Both the position numbers and the translations under genes were made by a program. Below are positions 63,231-64,000 of a stretch of DNA of 64,000 bases, one piece after another; position 1 is the first letter of the stretch, and each line of letters begins with the position of its first letter. This stretch comes from Lama glama (lineage: Eukaryota). A model generated the notes under the pieces. It was given only the letters and a program-made list of their open reading frames with translations, did not search any database and was not told the DNA's origin. The stretch lies in contig CM052817.1 of assembly GCA_028534125.1 (NCBI GenBank), positions 14,510,001-14,574,000 on the forward strand. Direction: 5' to 3'.

Positions 63231-64000
63231 ACCCTGAGTCCTGGCTCCCAGGCTGTTATTCGTCCTTAGCGCTATCCTGTGATCCTTTTAGGACATGAAT
63301 GGTATGTTTTCTACATGTCCTGAAACTGCCTCAGTGAAATACATAGTACTTTCCATACAGTAGGTGCTCAAGAAATATTTACCTACTTGTGTTCAGCCAG
63401 CTGTTTCCAAGCAACATGACCTTGACTGCTCCCGTGCCTTCCTGCACTGGCTCTTCTAACAGTTGGCCTCAGAAGCTATCATACTAATCTAGGATTCACA
63501 GAAATGATGTAACCCGAGGCCCGGAGAGGTCAGTAGCCTCCCCAAGGCTATGCAGCTACTTAGAGAAAAAGTCAAGCCTGAGACCCAAATCTTCAGACTC
63601 TGCAGTCATTTCTCCTTTTGTGATTTTAATTTTTAAATACAGACATGTCTACCCACTTCAAGTGCAAGTTCACAAAGGCAGGGACTATTTGTCTCTTCCA
63701 TGTGCCCTGCAGTGGATTCCCTATGGTAGGGACACCAAGGGTATTCAATAAACACTGGTCTATTTCCAAGGCCCAAGCGGGACTGGCACAAACAGTAGAA
63801 CCAACACAGTTTACCTGGAGGTCAGGCAGGGGTAATGAGGGGAAGTCAAAAATTAAACAGCCTCAAGAAAACAGCTAATAAGCAATCAACTTCACCTTTA
63901 AAAGTGATCACAGCTGCGGAGATGGAGTTGGGAATTAAACAGAATTTGGAAGATTTTTCAATCAATATTCTCCACGATTTTCATTTTAATTTAAAGGGGG

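Noticed and set aside
1..64000. Identity as PKD1L1 or C1orf127 (left-right genes lost in cetartiodactyls)
   Set aside because: The reconstructed peptides show no resemblance to those proteins as I recall them.
1..64000. CRISPR arrays, operons, tRNA/rRNA genes
   Set aside because: Mammalian DNA; no regularly spaced repeats or structured RNA genes were seen.

Overview
This is AT-rich placental-mammal genomic DNA. It is dense in MIR, L2, L3/CR1, L1, MaLR/ERV LTRs and hAT-type DNA elements. I saw no Alu, B1/B2, Bov-tA or PRE-1 SINEs, so a camelid-like laurasiatherian is a tentative guess. There are two assembly gaps (4728-4827 and 55336-55835). No intact protein-coding gene is supported; most ORF-track calls are chance ORFs or repeat fragments. 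The main hidden signal is on the minus strand: about 25 exon-like segments between ~60.7 kb and the left edge, lying in the unique DNA between repeats. Most have a polypyrimidine tract/AG acceptor and a GT donor. Many join in compatible splice phases into long peptides with only scattered stops and frameshifts. I read this as a decayed, intron-containing (unitary-type) pseudogene. Several peptide motifs resemble the RGS22/RGSL1 family of large multi-RGS-domain proteins; that comparison is from memory and needs database confirmation. Secondary observations are an orphan CpG/NRF1/ETS promoter-like patch, RFX X-boxes, a CTCF-like site, a diverged local duplication and nested transposon insertions.
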